Shown piece by piece: positions 1 through 12,641 of a DNA stretch of 64,000 nucleotides. Both the position numbers and the translations under genes were made by a program. This DNA is from Balanoglossus misakiensis (taxonomy: Eukaryota; Animalia; Hemichordata), in assembly GCA_040954595.2 (NCBI GenBank), contig CM082580.2:12946242-13010241 (forward strand), written 5' to 3'. The stretch's first letter is position 1; each line of letters starts with the position of its first letter. The notes under the pieces were generated by a model. It ran no database searches. It was not told the origin of the DNA and worked only from the letters and a program-made list of their open reading frames with translations.

Positions 1-2811
1 TCTGTTTGAAAAGACGAGGATGCTGAGAAGTAGACCTCCAGGTAAGGCCAGGGATAAAGTTGATAGTTATGTTCAAGTGAGTACTTGCTAATAAACATGA
101 ATGCAATATTGATTACTAGCTAATCTAAACTATAAGGCATGCAAATTCATAAGTAGTAAATAATGACTGACAAAATGAACTAATAGTCAATTTTCTCTGT
201 CACCAGGTGCAGACTTGAATGAGTGCTACCTATATCATGGTACGACTGTAGAGAAAGAAATCATCGCTTCAGAGGGCCTAGATATGCGGAAAGGCAAGAT
301 TGGCTTTTTTGGCAGAGGAATATACCTAAGGTATACAAACATTCTGACAGACAAGCTCAAATCTCTTACAAGGGTCAAGATCAGATGACATATTTTCCCA
401 CTCAAACGATTCATTGTCTTTTTGACATCGTATCATTGTTGTTGGCAAGAATATGAAACTCTTGTTGAGAATGATCCATTTAATATCCATAGATGAGCTA
501 AGAATATATTACTGATTCTAATTTGATGTTAATATTGTGGACCATGCTTGGATATGCCATAATGCATGAAAATGGAAACATGGTGCCATTGATGCTATTT
601 TTTGTTCATGTTGCAGTGATAACATCAACAAATGTCTGCAGTACACATCCAAACGGACAGAAAAATCTAATTTGCCATACATACTCAAGTGCCGTGTCTT
701 GCTTGGCGACTCCAAGGTAGGCTACAACAAGAAATTCTTTTCAGTCAAAACTTAGTCGTTTAATCTGATTATGTTCATCTATTATAAGATTAAATTCCCT
801 ATGTTTCCTTTGTAGGTCTACGAAAACAAACAGACAAACAAAGACTTGGTAAGAGAACCAATACGAGAGAATCCCAAACCAGGAGAATCCAAATATTACG
901 ATTCAGTCAAGGTAAAAGCTGATTAAAGAGTTTTATAAGATACATGTATGTAGTGGCAGGTACAGGTATGTTAATATGCTGGCATATAAAAAGGAAATAT
1001 CCACTGCAAGAGTTTATTTTCCCACTGATTGCAAATTTGCTCTTCTTTTACCAGGGTAATGTCCTTGGACATGATGAATACGTTGTCTACCACAACGTCC
1101 GGGTGATGCCGGAGTACATTGTCACCTACAGAGAAAAGTCAGCCCAGCCATCTCCGGGTAATTCCATCAAGCTCAATACGGGGTTGTCGCGCCCAAAAAG
1201 CAAACCTCCGCCCCCTACCAGCAATGTGGAGTCTTCAAATACAACAGCGCCGGCACTGCAAAAGCCACAAAGCTCACTCACTGGGAATGCAGAAAGTACT
1301 CAATCACGGAAGCCAGCTGCAGTATCACAAGTTGATCATGGACGTCAAAGACAGACTGTGGCCGGGGCCAGCACTCAGCATGATGAGGACAGCAGGTGGA
1401 GGGCTGTCAGCAGCAGTGCCTCGCCATGGCGGGTTGGCATGGCGACTGAGCCGCAGGACACTGGGAAGGAACAGTTATCTAATGAATTTGCACAGAGTAT
1501 CAAAACAGATACAAGAGCAGCCGGGGCTTCGTCGTGGCGTGGTAAGACCGAAGAGGTGTCGCAAGAGGTGTGGACGACTCAGAAAGAGGAGATTTCCAAC
1601 GAATTAAAGGAGAACATTGAAGCAGATGCTGCATGGCGTGGCAACCCAGATGAATTGTCACAAGAAGTGTCGCAAGGGGAGTACTCAGAAGAGCTCAGAA
1701 TGAACGAACAGGCTGTGGCTGAGATGGAACAGGAGAAAGACAGGTCCGAGGTGGCGGTGAAGGGCCAACTACTGTCGTGGGGGCCTCAGAATCCTGAGCA
1801 ACATGACAAAAAGCTGGAGGCCGTTAGAACCAAACTCCAGAAGAAACACAGAAGATTCAAAGATTATAAGAAGCCCCCTCCGGAAAGCCAGGCTGCCAGT
1901 GATGCAGCCAAATCTCACGATGAACAAATCGAAGAAATTAGGCAAATCATGAAAGATAAAAACAAGAAAGATAATCAGGCAGCCACAACACCCAAACCTA
2001 CGGTACGAATAGATATTGGAGAACTGTACATTGTTAAGATATCTTGTTAAATCACACACGTTTGGGTCATTATAATGGAATTTGTACAGTATTACCAAAG
2101 TCTGATTGAAACCAGGTATTTGAGTGATATCATATTTTATAGTTCCCCCATTGAATCTTGTTCTTTTCTGTAGGGAGCCGATGTCCAGAAAGATTCCGGC
2201 GATGATGGACAGGCTGTCAGGGACTCCACAAAAGTGGCAGATAAGCAGGCCTTGCAGATCAGGGAGTATTTGAAGCAACAGCACAAGACACTTCAACTTC
2301 GCCGTGCTGACGAAGAGTCAATTGGCAAGGTAATGCTTTGGAGTGTTTATGTTGAAGGCGTGAATCTTATATGGCACATTTTGTACAAATGAGTTGGGCA
2401 AATGTAAAACGACAGCCAGACTGAAAACCTGGACCCCATGACAACTTTTTGTAGCTCTCTCCACATTAGCCATTCACTCTTTCACATTTTGAATTACTGC
2501 AGTGTCTCTCACAGTTGTGTTATCTGTCACATTTCCAATCCTAGGTTGAAAGCCTCCTGGTCGCCTACTACCAGACGTATGGATCTATTGACGCACCTGG
2601 CATCGATCCATCAGCTATACCATCACTCCCTCTGATAGATACCACTGACACACAGGGAGGGTTGGATGAACAGAAGCAAGATGACCCTCAGCAAGGTAAA
2701 GGTGGAATGTTACACTTAGCCCCTACAAGTGCATAATATTTGGTCTAATAAATTGTGATCCAATAAACCTGTCCAGATAAGGGATTTTTGTCTTTAGATA
2801 CACACAACTAA

Positions 2812-2849
<38 letters not shown>

Positions 2850-3093
2850 AGATACAGGTTTACTTGCACGAGGGCAACTTTCCGGGTCAGAGTTGAACCA
2901 GTCCAATAACAACACAATCACAGGACAGAAAGCTGGTGTAGTCGTAGAGGAAGACCCAGTCAATCAGGTCATGAACGTCTTAGTGGTGCAGTTCAAAGAG
3001 TGCACCGGTGTGACAGATGATGCCATTGCAGTGTCTTATATCAAGAAAGCTGATATGGACATCAGCGAGGCAATCCTGAGATACCTTAGTTAA
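1..3093 (+). CDS. PARP catalytic domain protein (tankyrase-like ART fold, H-Y-E triad) with a long low-complexity linker and a C-terminal UBA-like domain; 5' end outside window
   Basis: In-phase GT-AG exons <1-41, 207-330, 617-716, 816-911, 1055-2002, 2174-2329, 2545-2695, 2852-3093. They translate to NECYLYHGT...GLDMR..GFFGRGIYLSDNINKCLQY...ILKCRVLLGDS...YDSVKG...DEYVVY..VMPEYIVTY, the PARP signature. The last exon VQFKECTGVTDDAIAVSYIKKADMDISEAILRYLS* matches the UBA-like pattern F..TG..d...A..Y......d...A...Y. Confidence 0.85.
2815..2845. repeat. (CT)n microsatellite forming the polypyrimidine tract of the last PARP intron
   Basis: Uninterrupted ctctct run directly upstream of the acceptor AG at 2850-2851. 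Confidence 0.9.
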
Positions 3094-4263
3094 AAAAGAT
3101 AATCGCAATCAAGAACGAAACCAGGTGGTCTGCTAAATGTTTCCTTTGTCATCCAATATAGATTAGTTTGATGTTTAAAATGAAAATAAGATTTTATGCC
3201 TCTTTTAAATTTTTTGATATCAGACTCTTGAGAAATATATACTTCAGCATGGGGGATACAATGTTTGATAAAAGTGCCAGTATAATGAACCATGAACCAA
3301 CCAACAATCAAGTTGTTAAAATGATCCACTGGCACAGTGGCTACAAGGTAGCAGTCACTGCATATGTGCGTCTTTTATGTAATGTGATTCTCGTGTTTTT
3401 GAAGAGAATGAAAAAGTTTGATGTAATTTGTAATCTGATTACTTTGCTCAGCTTTACGTGTGCAGCAACTCTGTGTGTGTTGAAACCCTTGACTAGACAT
3501 GCTTTGGCTTTTTAACCCTTTACATGCTGACCTCCATGTGACCTATGATGTCATTCACGAGGTCACATAATCTTGAATTGTGGGAATTGTGCTTTATGAC
3601 CTTTCAGAAAAAAACAACCCAACAGGAATTTGAGATGAAAGGAAACTGATTCTGGAGGGGATGGGGCTGATAATTCCAAATGAACCGCAGTACATGTAGC
3701 TATGATTGGGTCAAAGTCCAAGGTGAATGCAGTTCAGACCAGTGATTCATTGGATGACATTGACTGTACACTTCTCACAGAAAGAAACAATGTAATTTGT
3801 TTAAATGACCAGTGTGAAATGTTTACATTTAGTCAAGTGATTATCTATGCCTAACTACTGAATAACTGTTGCCGTTTAAATATGCTGTCAGAAAATTGTT
3901 ATCAGTTTGTATTCAACATGATCCCATTATACCAAATAAGGGCACATGGTGACCAGAAGATAATGAATAAACAATTGTCTCAATGTAATAAATATGTGGT
4001 CTCTCAGCGTCTCATTTCCCAACCCCCCTTGTTGCTGCCCTCATGTGCGGTTAACATATGTTACATTTCTTAATTTAAAAATATGTTTATTAGGTTAAAA
4101 TGACTTCAAAATAACACCTTTTTTGGTGACCCTATCAAAACCATGGCATTAAAATATGTTTGAATACAGAGATAAACTGCTTGACACGGATGTTTGACCA
4201 GTAAATGAAAACCTGTAAGAAACTGAAATAAATAGTAGATTCTAACACAGATTTCAGTTTATG

Positions 4264-6485
4264 CTATGATGTAAGCGGTTTCCTAAATTTGCACTGTATC
4301 CAGACGCGATACATAGTGAGCTGACGGCCACGGTTGACTTGCAATCTTCTGTCAATTGAATTCTGTTCTTCTACTAACCCAGCTGAAGTAAATATCTTCC
4401 CAAGTTCATCTGGATATTGGAAAACATCAAGGAAAGAAAACAGACATTGTGAATTATTTTTTGACTGATTTCAAAGTTGCATATTCAATCCTATATGAGA
4501 GAGTATGTGAAGTTCTCACCTTGTGTGAAGAAATAAACTCGGGTTCCATCTCCTCGGACATAAAAATTGTCAGACAAACACCGACCTGGGGAAAAGAAAA
4601 TAAGAACCTTTTACTGCTTTACAAGCTATAAATTAGTATGAAGTAAATTTATACCTCAATGACATTAATTTGATATGTACTCAGTCTTAACACATGCCAC
4701 ACAGGGCAAAAATGAGAGGGGGATATTACCTTTTTTAAATCTAAGCTGTGCCATGTCATATCGCCCGTAATCCCGAAACAACAACAGCCCACCAGGTTTG
4801 AGGTGACGACTCAGTCTATCAATAGCAGTCTGCATTCTAAAAAGAATTTAAGAAGACCGATGCAAAGTGTAAGTTAAACTGAATACTAAGCACAAAGTGA
4901 TGTAGTTTCTGAATGCATCAAGTGCTTGGAACAGGGACTATTAAACACGAATGTGAAATGGAAATTTGCTTACTTGTCTGGATGAATGGCTGAGAGTACA
5001 AATATCATGACCACGATGTCAAGGCTGTTTTCTGGAAAGGGAAGCTCTGCATCACTGTCGACAACGTCCAAGACAAAAGCATGACATCGATTGGAGTCGT
5101 AGTCTGCATGACTCTGTGTGAGAATATACAAGAAAGTTGGGAGTTTATATCTTCTGTCTTGACTGAAAAATTCAACTTTGACTCCATTTTTTCCCAACAT
5201 TGCTTACCTTGACAAGGTCTATTGCAGTACTGGAGAAATCACAGCAATAAACAAACAATTCCGGATCACTGCAAAAAAAATTGAAAAATGCGCTTTATAA
5301 TAATATTTTGTATATTTTCATATTAATGTGGACGGAGTGTGTCCCTCTCTTCTGCCACCAGAGGGCACCATCCACGGTAGAACCTTTGATCTAAACAGTA
5401 ACAGAGGCAACTGTAAAAACATAATACATACACTTCATCTGAAGTGTGTGATAGACTTACTTATTGGTTTGGAGTATCGGGAAAACGGTATTTCCAACAC
5501 CACATCCCACTTCCAATATCCTTGTTTTTGCACTAGCTCCCGGAAAGTGCCTTTGGACACAGTCTTCCCTGGCATTCTGGCCAGTGGATGAATTGTTGGA
5601 GAGATCACTGTCCTGGCCTGGTATACATTCACTTTGGTCATTTTTGGAACATTCTGATTTGGTATCTGGGGCTAGCTCGGGAAACTCGGTGAAAAGCCAG
5701 TGTCTGTCTTTGAAGAATCTATTTTGATGCTGTGTGTAGAAATCATCCCAACATTGGTCTGCACTTGACTCATATTTCTCTGTGAAAAAGATACCATTAC
5801 AGTGGGTTAGAAACTTTTGTGACATATGTTTATATTATGACCAGTCAGGATTATTTAAACTCTGAAACAAAATTCACGTTTGGAGTTTGCACATTGCATT
5901 CCGAGCACAAAATGCCAATGTATAAACCACTGTAAAGTTTTCACAATCCCTCTGCTGTGTAATGCTGTTATTATAACTTCCAATTCCATAGACTGCAGAA
6001 GTGAACTTCTACTGTCTATGGATAGATAAACCATGGGACCATGGACAAACATTACCTCTCTGTGCTTCTTCAACAAAACATTCTGAGTTTGCATCAACTT
6101 TTTCTCTGGCTGCCTTTTCTTGCTCTTCATCCCACTGGACATTGTCCCTTTAAAAATATATATAAGAATTCAATGAATATTATATCTTAACTCTTAGGTT
6201 TTTGAATGTGAAATTGACAATATTCCCTGGCACTACATGATTTTATCTAGGTTGCATCGATGAGCTGCTGAATATGAATGTGTGATTGAAACACTGTGGC
6301 CAGTGCCATGTATGTGGGTACATGTAGAGAATGTGTACGTGTAACACTTACCAAGCATTGTGTTCAAAGACTTTACTTGGATCTTTCAGATATCTTGATC
6401 CAAACTGTGGTCTTTTCAACGCTTCGTTACCCTCAGCCTGGTGTCCCTTGTTTGACAAATCTTCCCCTTCCATCTCCGAAGCCAT
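4264..6485 (-). CDS. METTL2: tRNA N3-methylcytidine methyltransferase METTL2 (about 354 aa)
   Basis: Exons 6485-6352, 6147-6056, 5779-5461, 5268-5208, 5113-4974, 4836-4730, 4585-4520, 4409-4264 total 1065 nt, in frame. Motifs: [58 protein letters not shown] (SAM-binding), [52 protein letters not shown]. Confidence 0.95.
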
Positions 6486-7165
6486 GCCTGATCCTTCGGC
6501 TGAGTGTGATTCCCTGTCTCCTTTCTAACGCTGTTGGCGCTACAGGACAGACTAAACAAATTCCAAACAAACGAATATGCAAATTTAGTAGGGGATTCCC
6601 CTTTCTATTTTTAGTAACAGTCGTACATCCTGCTTGGTCAAGAAGCGAAGCCGAACTAAAGATCTCCCGGAATTTCTTACATATGATGATTTTTATTCCA
6701 AATATTGGTACGTTTTTACAATATTATCTCTACCAGCTTTATTAGACTACCCGTATTTTCACAGAAAAGGGCTGACTTTTGATCTGAGAATCTATAAAAC
6801 CACATTGTGGACCGAGGTCTCCCCTCAGCCTCTAGACCAACTGCACTGTGTACAATGTCAGTCGATCACCATGCCAGTGGATGACCAACGTGAGTGACAG
6901 GAATTATTATTGTACGACGAGCCCTGTATCTTCTTAAAATACAGGATGGGTGATATAATAATATTCTTAATGCTATGTTTCTCAGTCGAGTTTAGCTGGA
7001 GTGGACAACGCGCAATCAGGTCAATGGGGTCAGTGCTGGGAATTACCCTAGCTGTGTATCACACCAAACATGATCATTCGATATTTACATCCCAAACGGC
7101 TAAGGCTTGTACATTTTTATCATTACAGAAACTTTTATAGCGAATAAGGAAGTGTTCTGAAAAAA
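6486..7165. promoter_or_regulatory. Divergent (head-to-head) promoter region of METTL2 and the death-domain gene, with NF-kB-type, octamer and ETS motifs
   Basis: ATGCAAAT 6577-6584; GGGGATTCCCC 6591-6601; TATAAAA 6793; GGGAATTACCC 7038-7048; AGGAAGTG ~7147. It lies between two divergent start codons (6485 and 7166). Confidence 0.55.
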
Positions 7166-10100
7166 ATGACAGACTTTAGCGACTTTGGAATTGGTGAGTA
7201 CTCCGCCAATCTACAAAATGTGCCAATCTTTTCTGGACACATATCTGAAAAAGTGGCTTGCTCATCTGTGACCTTGCCTTGATTTTTCCATGTTGTCATC
7301 CATGCATACACCCTTATTATTTGGTGTGTAAACTGTATGCATCATCATACAAACACCAAACATTAAGGCTTAGGATGTATACATCGTTTGTTACTATGTT
7401 GTTGTTGATATAGTTTTGCTTTATGTGACCTCTGTACGATATTACACTGCTTTTTCATGGCCAGGGAAAGTGCACACTTTTATTTTGAAAGAATGATCAC
7501 TATGTATTAAGATGGCATATGCTTCTGTACCCATGGCCACTGTAATGCAGTGATGCCCTTCTAAATTCTCATATGGCTGCACCACTTTCTGATTTAACAG
7601 CAGAGAGAATTGCTGGAGATGGAGATTGGAAAGGTGACTCCGACAAGTCATTCCTTGACCCACAGTTGAAAAAGGGTGGCACCAACACTTATCCCAATGA
7701 TCTGATCCTCAACAAATCGCCAGGGAACAGCTTCCGGAGCAGACATGTAATCGGTCAGTGTATAAGCATTGTTATATTTCATAATCGACATATATCAACA
7801 AGAAAAGGTTGTACATGTACTCAGTGTACCTAAAAACTCACACCACATATGGTGTAGTTTGTAGATGTTGCAAGTTGTGGAAAGTCCCATTTAGCCAATT
7901 TATGCTTTCTTGATATGGATAAAACCCAATCTCATCATTTGATAAGGTCTCAGTTTCATGAATGCCCTTACACCCTTTAACCATTTAAATGGGGTCATTT
8001 TAACAATATCACTGCTTGCTGACTAATGTCAATGACATGAAGTTTTCCTTCTCTAATTTCTGACATCATCAAGTAGATCCACTAAGCGAGCAAGAAATGG
8101 AGGTCAGCCTGACAGAACTTGGTGCCAAGCTGACTACAGCAGAGACACTGCAGCGCTTGTTCCAGGCAATTCTCTGTGCCACAGGTAAGTCATTGGTTTC
8201 TGATATCTGATTCATTTTTCTCTTCAACATACTTCTTGCAGCTGGACATCTGATAAGGGTCTTTCAGAACAGTCAGGACTTCAGTGAATGTGTCACTTTG
8301 TGATTTCCCAGAAATCTGAGAAAAATTCTGTACTTTGTACATGTACATTTTACTTCCTCTTTGACAAATGAAGTAACCTTCCAACAGAGAAGTCATTCAG
8401 ATTTGACGTTTTGAACTTACAGGTCACCAAGGTCGTGTGCACATCACTGGGGGAAGTTACAGTGGTTCAGTCACATTGGTTATTCCCAACACAGCAGTTG
8501 ACACATTAAAACAAGTCTTGACAAGTCAGCTGGCTTGTTTGCTGAATGAAGTTGGTGTGTCTTGTATAAAAATAGGGAAATACACGCACAGAACAACAAA
8601 ATTGAAATACATCACTAGAGGTAAGTGTGGTGTTTCCCAATCTCCATACACATAGGAAGTTTTAACATATAGGGAATTTCATTGAGTTGTGCCTGTGTTA
8701 AGTTGACTGGCAGGGAAGGAGCTAAGAGAGCTAGGTCAATGCAGAATACAGAATCATTTTTACCTTTGTGAAGCTACATACTAGTACATTACATTATATC
8801 ATGGTCAGAAATATTATGACAAAATGAAATATCACTTGATGGTCATATGAAAAGGTCACACTTCTTGGGGAACATTGCTATGTTTAGCTATTGTTGACGT
8901 GTGCAATAGTTTCTCTATTTCACTTCCTGTTTATTGATACATGATCACAGGAATAACCAGGCGAGATAAGCTTCCACATTGCTATTTGAGGCAGCCACAA
9001 TTGACAGATGTCAAAGATGAGTCATCATTCTGCTGCAGAGTCCCAATATGCTACCCCACCCCTCACACTCACATTGGCAAAGTGATTCACGTTGAGTTTT
9101 TTTCTTTCCACAGACTGTGAGAAACAGCGACCTTTCTGTGGCAGCTTCCACGAGGAATTAAACATCAACTTAGTGCAGACTTTGATGATTCTAATGAAAC
9201 AAAAACAGAGCGTTGGAATGGAGCAGGACATCTCAACCAAAGAAATTGGAAAAGCCAGACTTGAAGAACTCACCAAGCAAATCCAAGTGTTCGAGGAGAA
9301 GTTGACGGCCAAAGTGGAGGAAAGGAAGAGGCTCGCAGGAAGCTTGAAGACAGCAGAAGATTTAGTAAAACAACTGAAAGAGAAGAATGAAAAACTTCAA
9401 CAGAAGAACAACAAACGGTGGGAACAGATAAGATCAACGACTGAGATCAACAGGGAACTTGATGAAAAGAATGAAGAGCTTGAGGAGAAATTGAGTGAAT
9501 TGAGTAAGAAATTGGAGAGTGAACTGAAAGAGAAAGAAATGCTGAAAGCTGAGTTAGAAAATAAGCAGATGAGAAATACACACAGATCTAGCAATATGTG
9601 TGGTGTGGAAGCCAAATTTGAAAATCTTCAAATTGGAGACAAAAAGCAGATAGGACAGTTGGTGAGGAAGCAAAAAAAGGCCAAGGCACCGATGATGAAT
9701 AGAGGGTTTGATGTCTCTGGGTTGCCTGATGATGACCTGCAGGTTGATGGTGTGCCGTACGACGTTGAGACATCGGCGCAAATGGAGCAGATGCCTCTGG
9801 GTGTACAGCCACATGCAGAAGAGGTAGAGATCCCAAAGAAGGATGCCAAGCGGCCACTAGAAAACACCCAGCCGGCAAATTCCGTGGAAGCCGTCGTGGC
9901 TGCGACGAGACTCGGTCAGGATGCCGGTACGTCGCGAGAGACAGGCGCGCTAAAGACGAGGACAAACGCCCAACACCCAACTGTGCAGTCTGGATATTCA
10001 GCAAGCATACAGCCCCAAGGCGGAGCCACAGAAGGATGCTCAGAAGTCAAGGGAGACAGCAATGCCAGCAAAGAGAAGGGTGCACTCGAGGAGACAGATT

Positions 10101-12641
10101 ATCCTGGAAAGAAACCCGACATAGAATCACCAATCAATGAGCCAGGCTCTGCAATCGCTTGTAGTGAAGGCTCAGAGCGAGGACAAATAGTCGCACAGAG
10201 AGTGGAACACATGAATGAGGAAATGAACAAAAAGTTTACAGAGAGTAACAAGGAAGATAAGAACAGCAGCCTCAAACAGGTAGCCTTTGAATTTTGAGCA
10301 GAGCAGCTAAAACAGTTTCTTTAAAACAAATAACAAATGCTGAAAATGAAATAAATAAATATATAGTCTATATGCACTCTTCAAATTTGAAATGATGAAA
10401 CCCAGTTGACCAGAAATCTGCAATATTAAATAATCGTAGACAATCTTTGCCAGCGCTTGAAGTGACCACTTCCTGTCGTTCTGAACTCTGAGTATGTCTT
10501 TTGTTTCACAGAGAAGAAGTCCTCAAAAGAAAGACCCCTTAAAAACAGCCACTGACTGTGTGACCGAAAAGCTATCTGTGCGAGATTGGAAACCACTGGC
10601 ACGGAAACTTGGCTTGTCTGACAACGAGATAGAGAACATCGAGTATGAAAACCGACATGAGTCTGCCCGGGAGAATGTCCACAAAACGTTGGTGAAATGG
10701 CGATTGCAAAATGCGGATGCATCAGCTGAAGGTCTCATCAAGGGATTACAGAGCATGCAACAGAATTGGCTAGCTGAAGAGGTCCGTAAAAAAATAGCCA
10801 TGGGTGAGTCACTGCAGTCAGGTCGGAAGTACTTATATGTACATGTGTACCAGTTGTAGGTTTTTTTATATCTAGATTGTATTCAAGTACATTGAAGTTC
10901 AGCTGAGTTCTTCTTGCGTGGCTAACACTGACTTGATCAACTGAATTATAATCTGACTTATTTACTATTTTTCATTTTCATTGACTTTTTTTTTTCATTT
11001 AGAAAATCGTTCTGAAGCAGGATCCACAGAATCTAAAGAGGGTAAGACAAATGAAGGAAAAAACTTATAGTTGGAATTTTGACTAAAAATGGCCGACAGT
11101 GGGTAATAGACCAATGCAGTTCCCTTGCATAGATATTTGAGCATAGACAGTAGATTTAAAATGAGGCAGTCTAGTTGTTCAGGCTTATAAACTGAAGAAC
11201 ATTGATGTGAATTTCTCATTCAACTCGGTCAACCCCTGAAAAGCATTTTATTCCTGATTTTTTTATGGCAGGATCGTCTGGTTTGACCTTTGAACTGCCT
11301 CGCAAGCCGGAAGCCCTCTTTACGGATGAGCTTCTAGATGACTTGCAGAAGGAGGACCTCAACCAGAGCGAGATCCTCGATGTTGTGAAGAAACTGAGAC
11401 TGACAGGCGATAAACAAATGGAGTTACATCAGGTAAAATTGAGAGCACTATTCAGCCATCACTTCATGCCATGTGGTATGTTTCATGGCATGTTCTACAC
11501 TATTAATGTTATATCTCCAACATGGCAACATTTTTGGCAGTTTTCCGAGTTTAAGCAAGACTTCCCGTTTTACCATCCGTAAGAGACAAGTCATAAATGT
11601 TGATCGATTTATAACCTTTAATGTCTTTTTTTCTCTTCCCCTCTGTCTTTCTCCCTCTATTTGAATTCCAGACCGGCAACCCACGTAACATGGCCAGTGT
11701 GTGCAAAGTGTGGGAGAGCATGACCAAACCCATGCAACAGACAGAAGACACCCAATGCAAACTGATCCGCCAATTTGTCAGGGTGATGAGGGACGTCAAG
11801 AGGACGGACATCGTTGACATTCTGAAGAATCACATTCCGAGAGGAACTGGCAAAATTGGTAAAGGAAGCAGTTTCTTCTCCTCCATAATAAGTGCACAAC
11901 AGTTAGGAATTGTGTTTTATTTCAGAAGGAAAGATAACTAAGATTGCCTCGTCCAGAGTTGGACATTCTGTGTGTAATGTAAAGAGACAGCAAAAACAAA
12001 GCATTTTATCTGTTTGGCCAGTAAGTAATTAACACAAATCATGATGTGTACGTACACATGGGAGTTCACCATCCCTGATGTCTGACTGCCAAGTTTGTTG
12101 CAGTAGTAACACTTTCTGTTTTTGATGTTGTTATTTTGTAGGTACCCAGTTACCGGAGAGACAATCGATACAAGAGATCCCGTTCTCGATCAGAACCCGA
12201 CTTGTCAATCAGCTGTCTGTACCTTCCCCAGGTAAGATTTATTCTTAATGAGGATCTCAAATGTAGATAAACATGGGACCCAAGAGCTTGTGCCTGGACA
12301 AATGAAACCAAGTGGTTAGATATCAGCAATCAAAGTTGCAGTGGTGCTGGAATTATATAGGTCACACAGCTATAAAGTCGATTGAAGAGCCTCACAGTAT
12401 TTCAGTCTTCTTAATTCATAAAAAACTTGTGCTTCTTTCAGACGGGAGAGACTGGAGGAAACTGGCAGAAGACATCCAGATTCCCAATGTGAATATTTAC
12501 ATCAAACTGTGGGAGACAAGGCCAACGCCAGCAGAGCAAGTTCTTCACACGTGGCAGAGTCGCGCTAACGCCACCGTGGGTAATCTGTACGACATTTTGG
12601 TTAGCAACAAGATGAATGATAGCGCCGCCCTTCTGGAGTAA
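7166..12641 (+). CDS. Multi-death-domain adaptor protein (about 873 aa): possible TRADD-N-like region, coiled coil, disordered linker, three death-fold domains
   Basis: Exons 7166-7193, 7601-7753, 8077-8184, 8423-8620, 9114-10279, 10512-10803, 11003-11041, 11272-11432, 11672-11858, 12142-12231, 12442-12641 total 2622 nt, in frame, all GT-AG. DD1: RDWKPLARKLGLSDNEIENIEYEN...LVKWR...ASAEGLIKGL. Degenerate DD2: ...CKVWE...VRVMRDVKRTDIVDIL. DD3 (UNC5/MyD88-like): IPFSIRTRLVNQLSVPSPDGRDWRKLAEDI...PAEQVLHTW...ATVGNLYDIL. E/K/L-rich heptads occur in exon 9114-10279. Confidence 0.8.

Noticed and set aside
8951-9076. Possible extra exon in the death-domain gene
   Set aside because: No usable donor leaves an intron of adequate length before 9114, and 8620 splices in frame directly to 9114.
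10390-10492. Intronic box C (ATGATGA) ... CTGA, a possible C/D snoRNA
   Set aside because: No terminal stem or recognisable rRNA antisense element, and both motifs are short.
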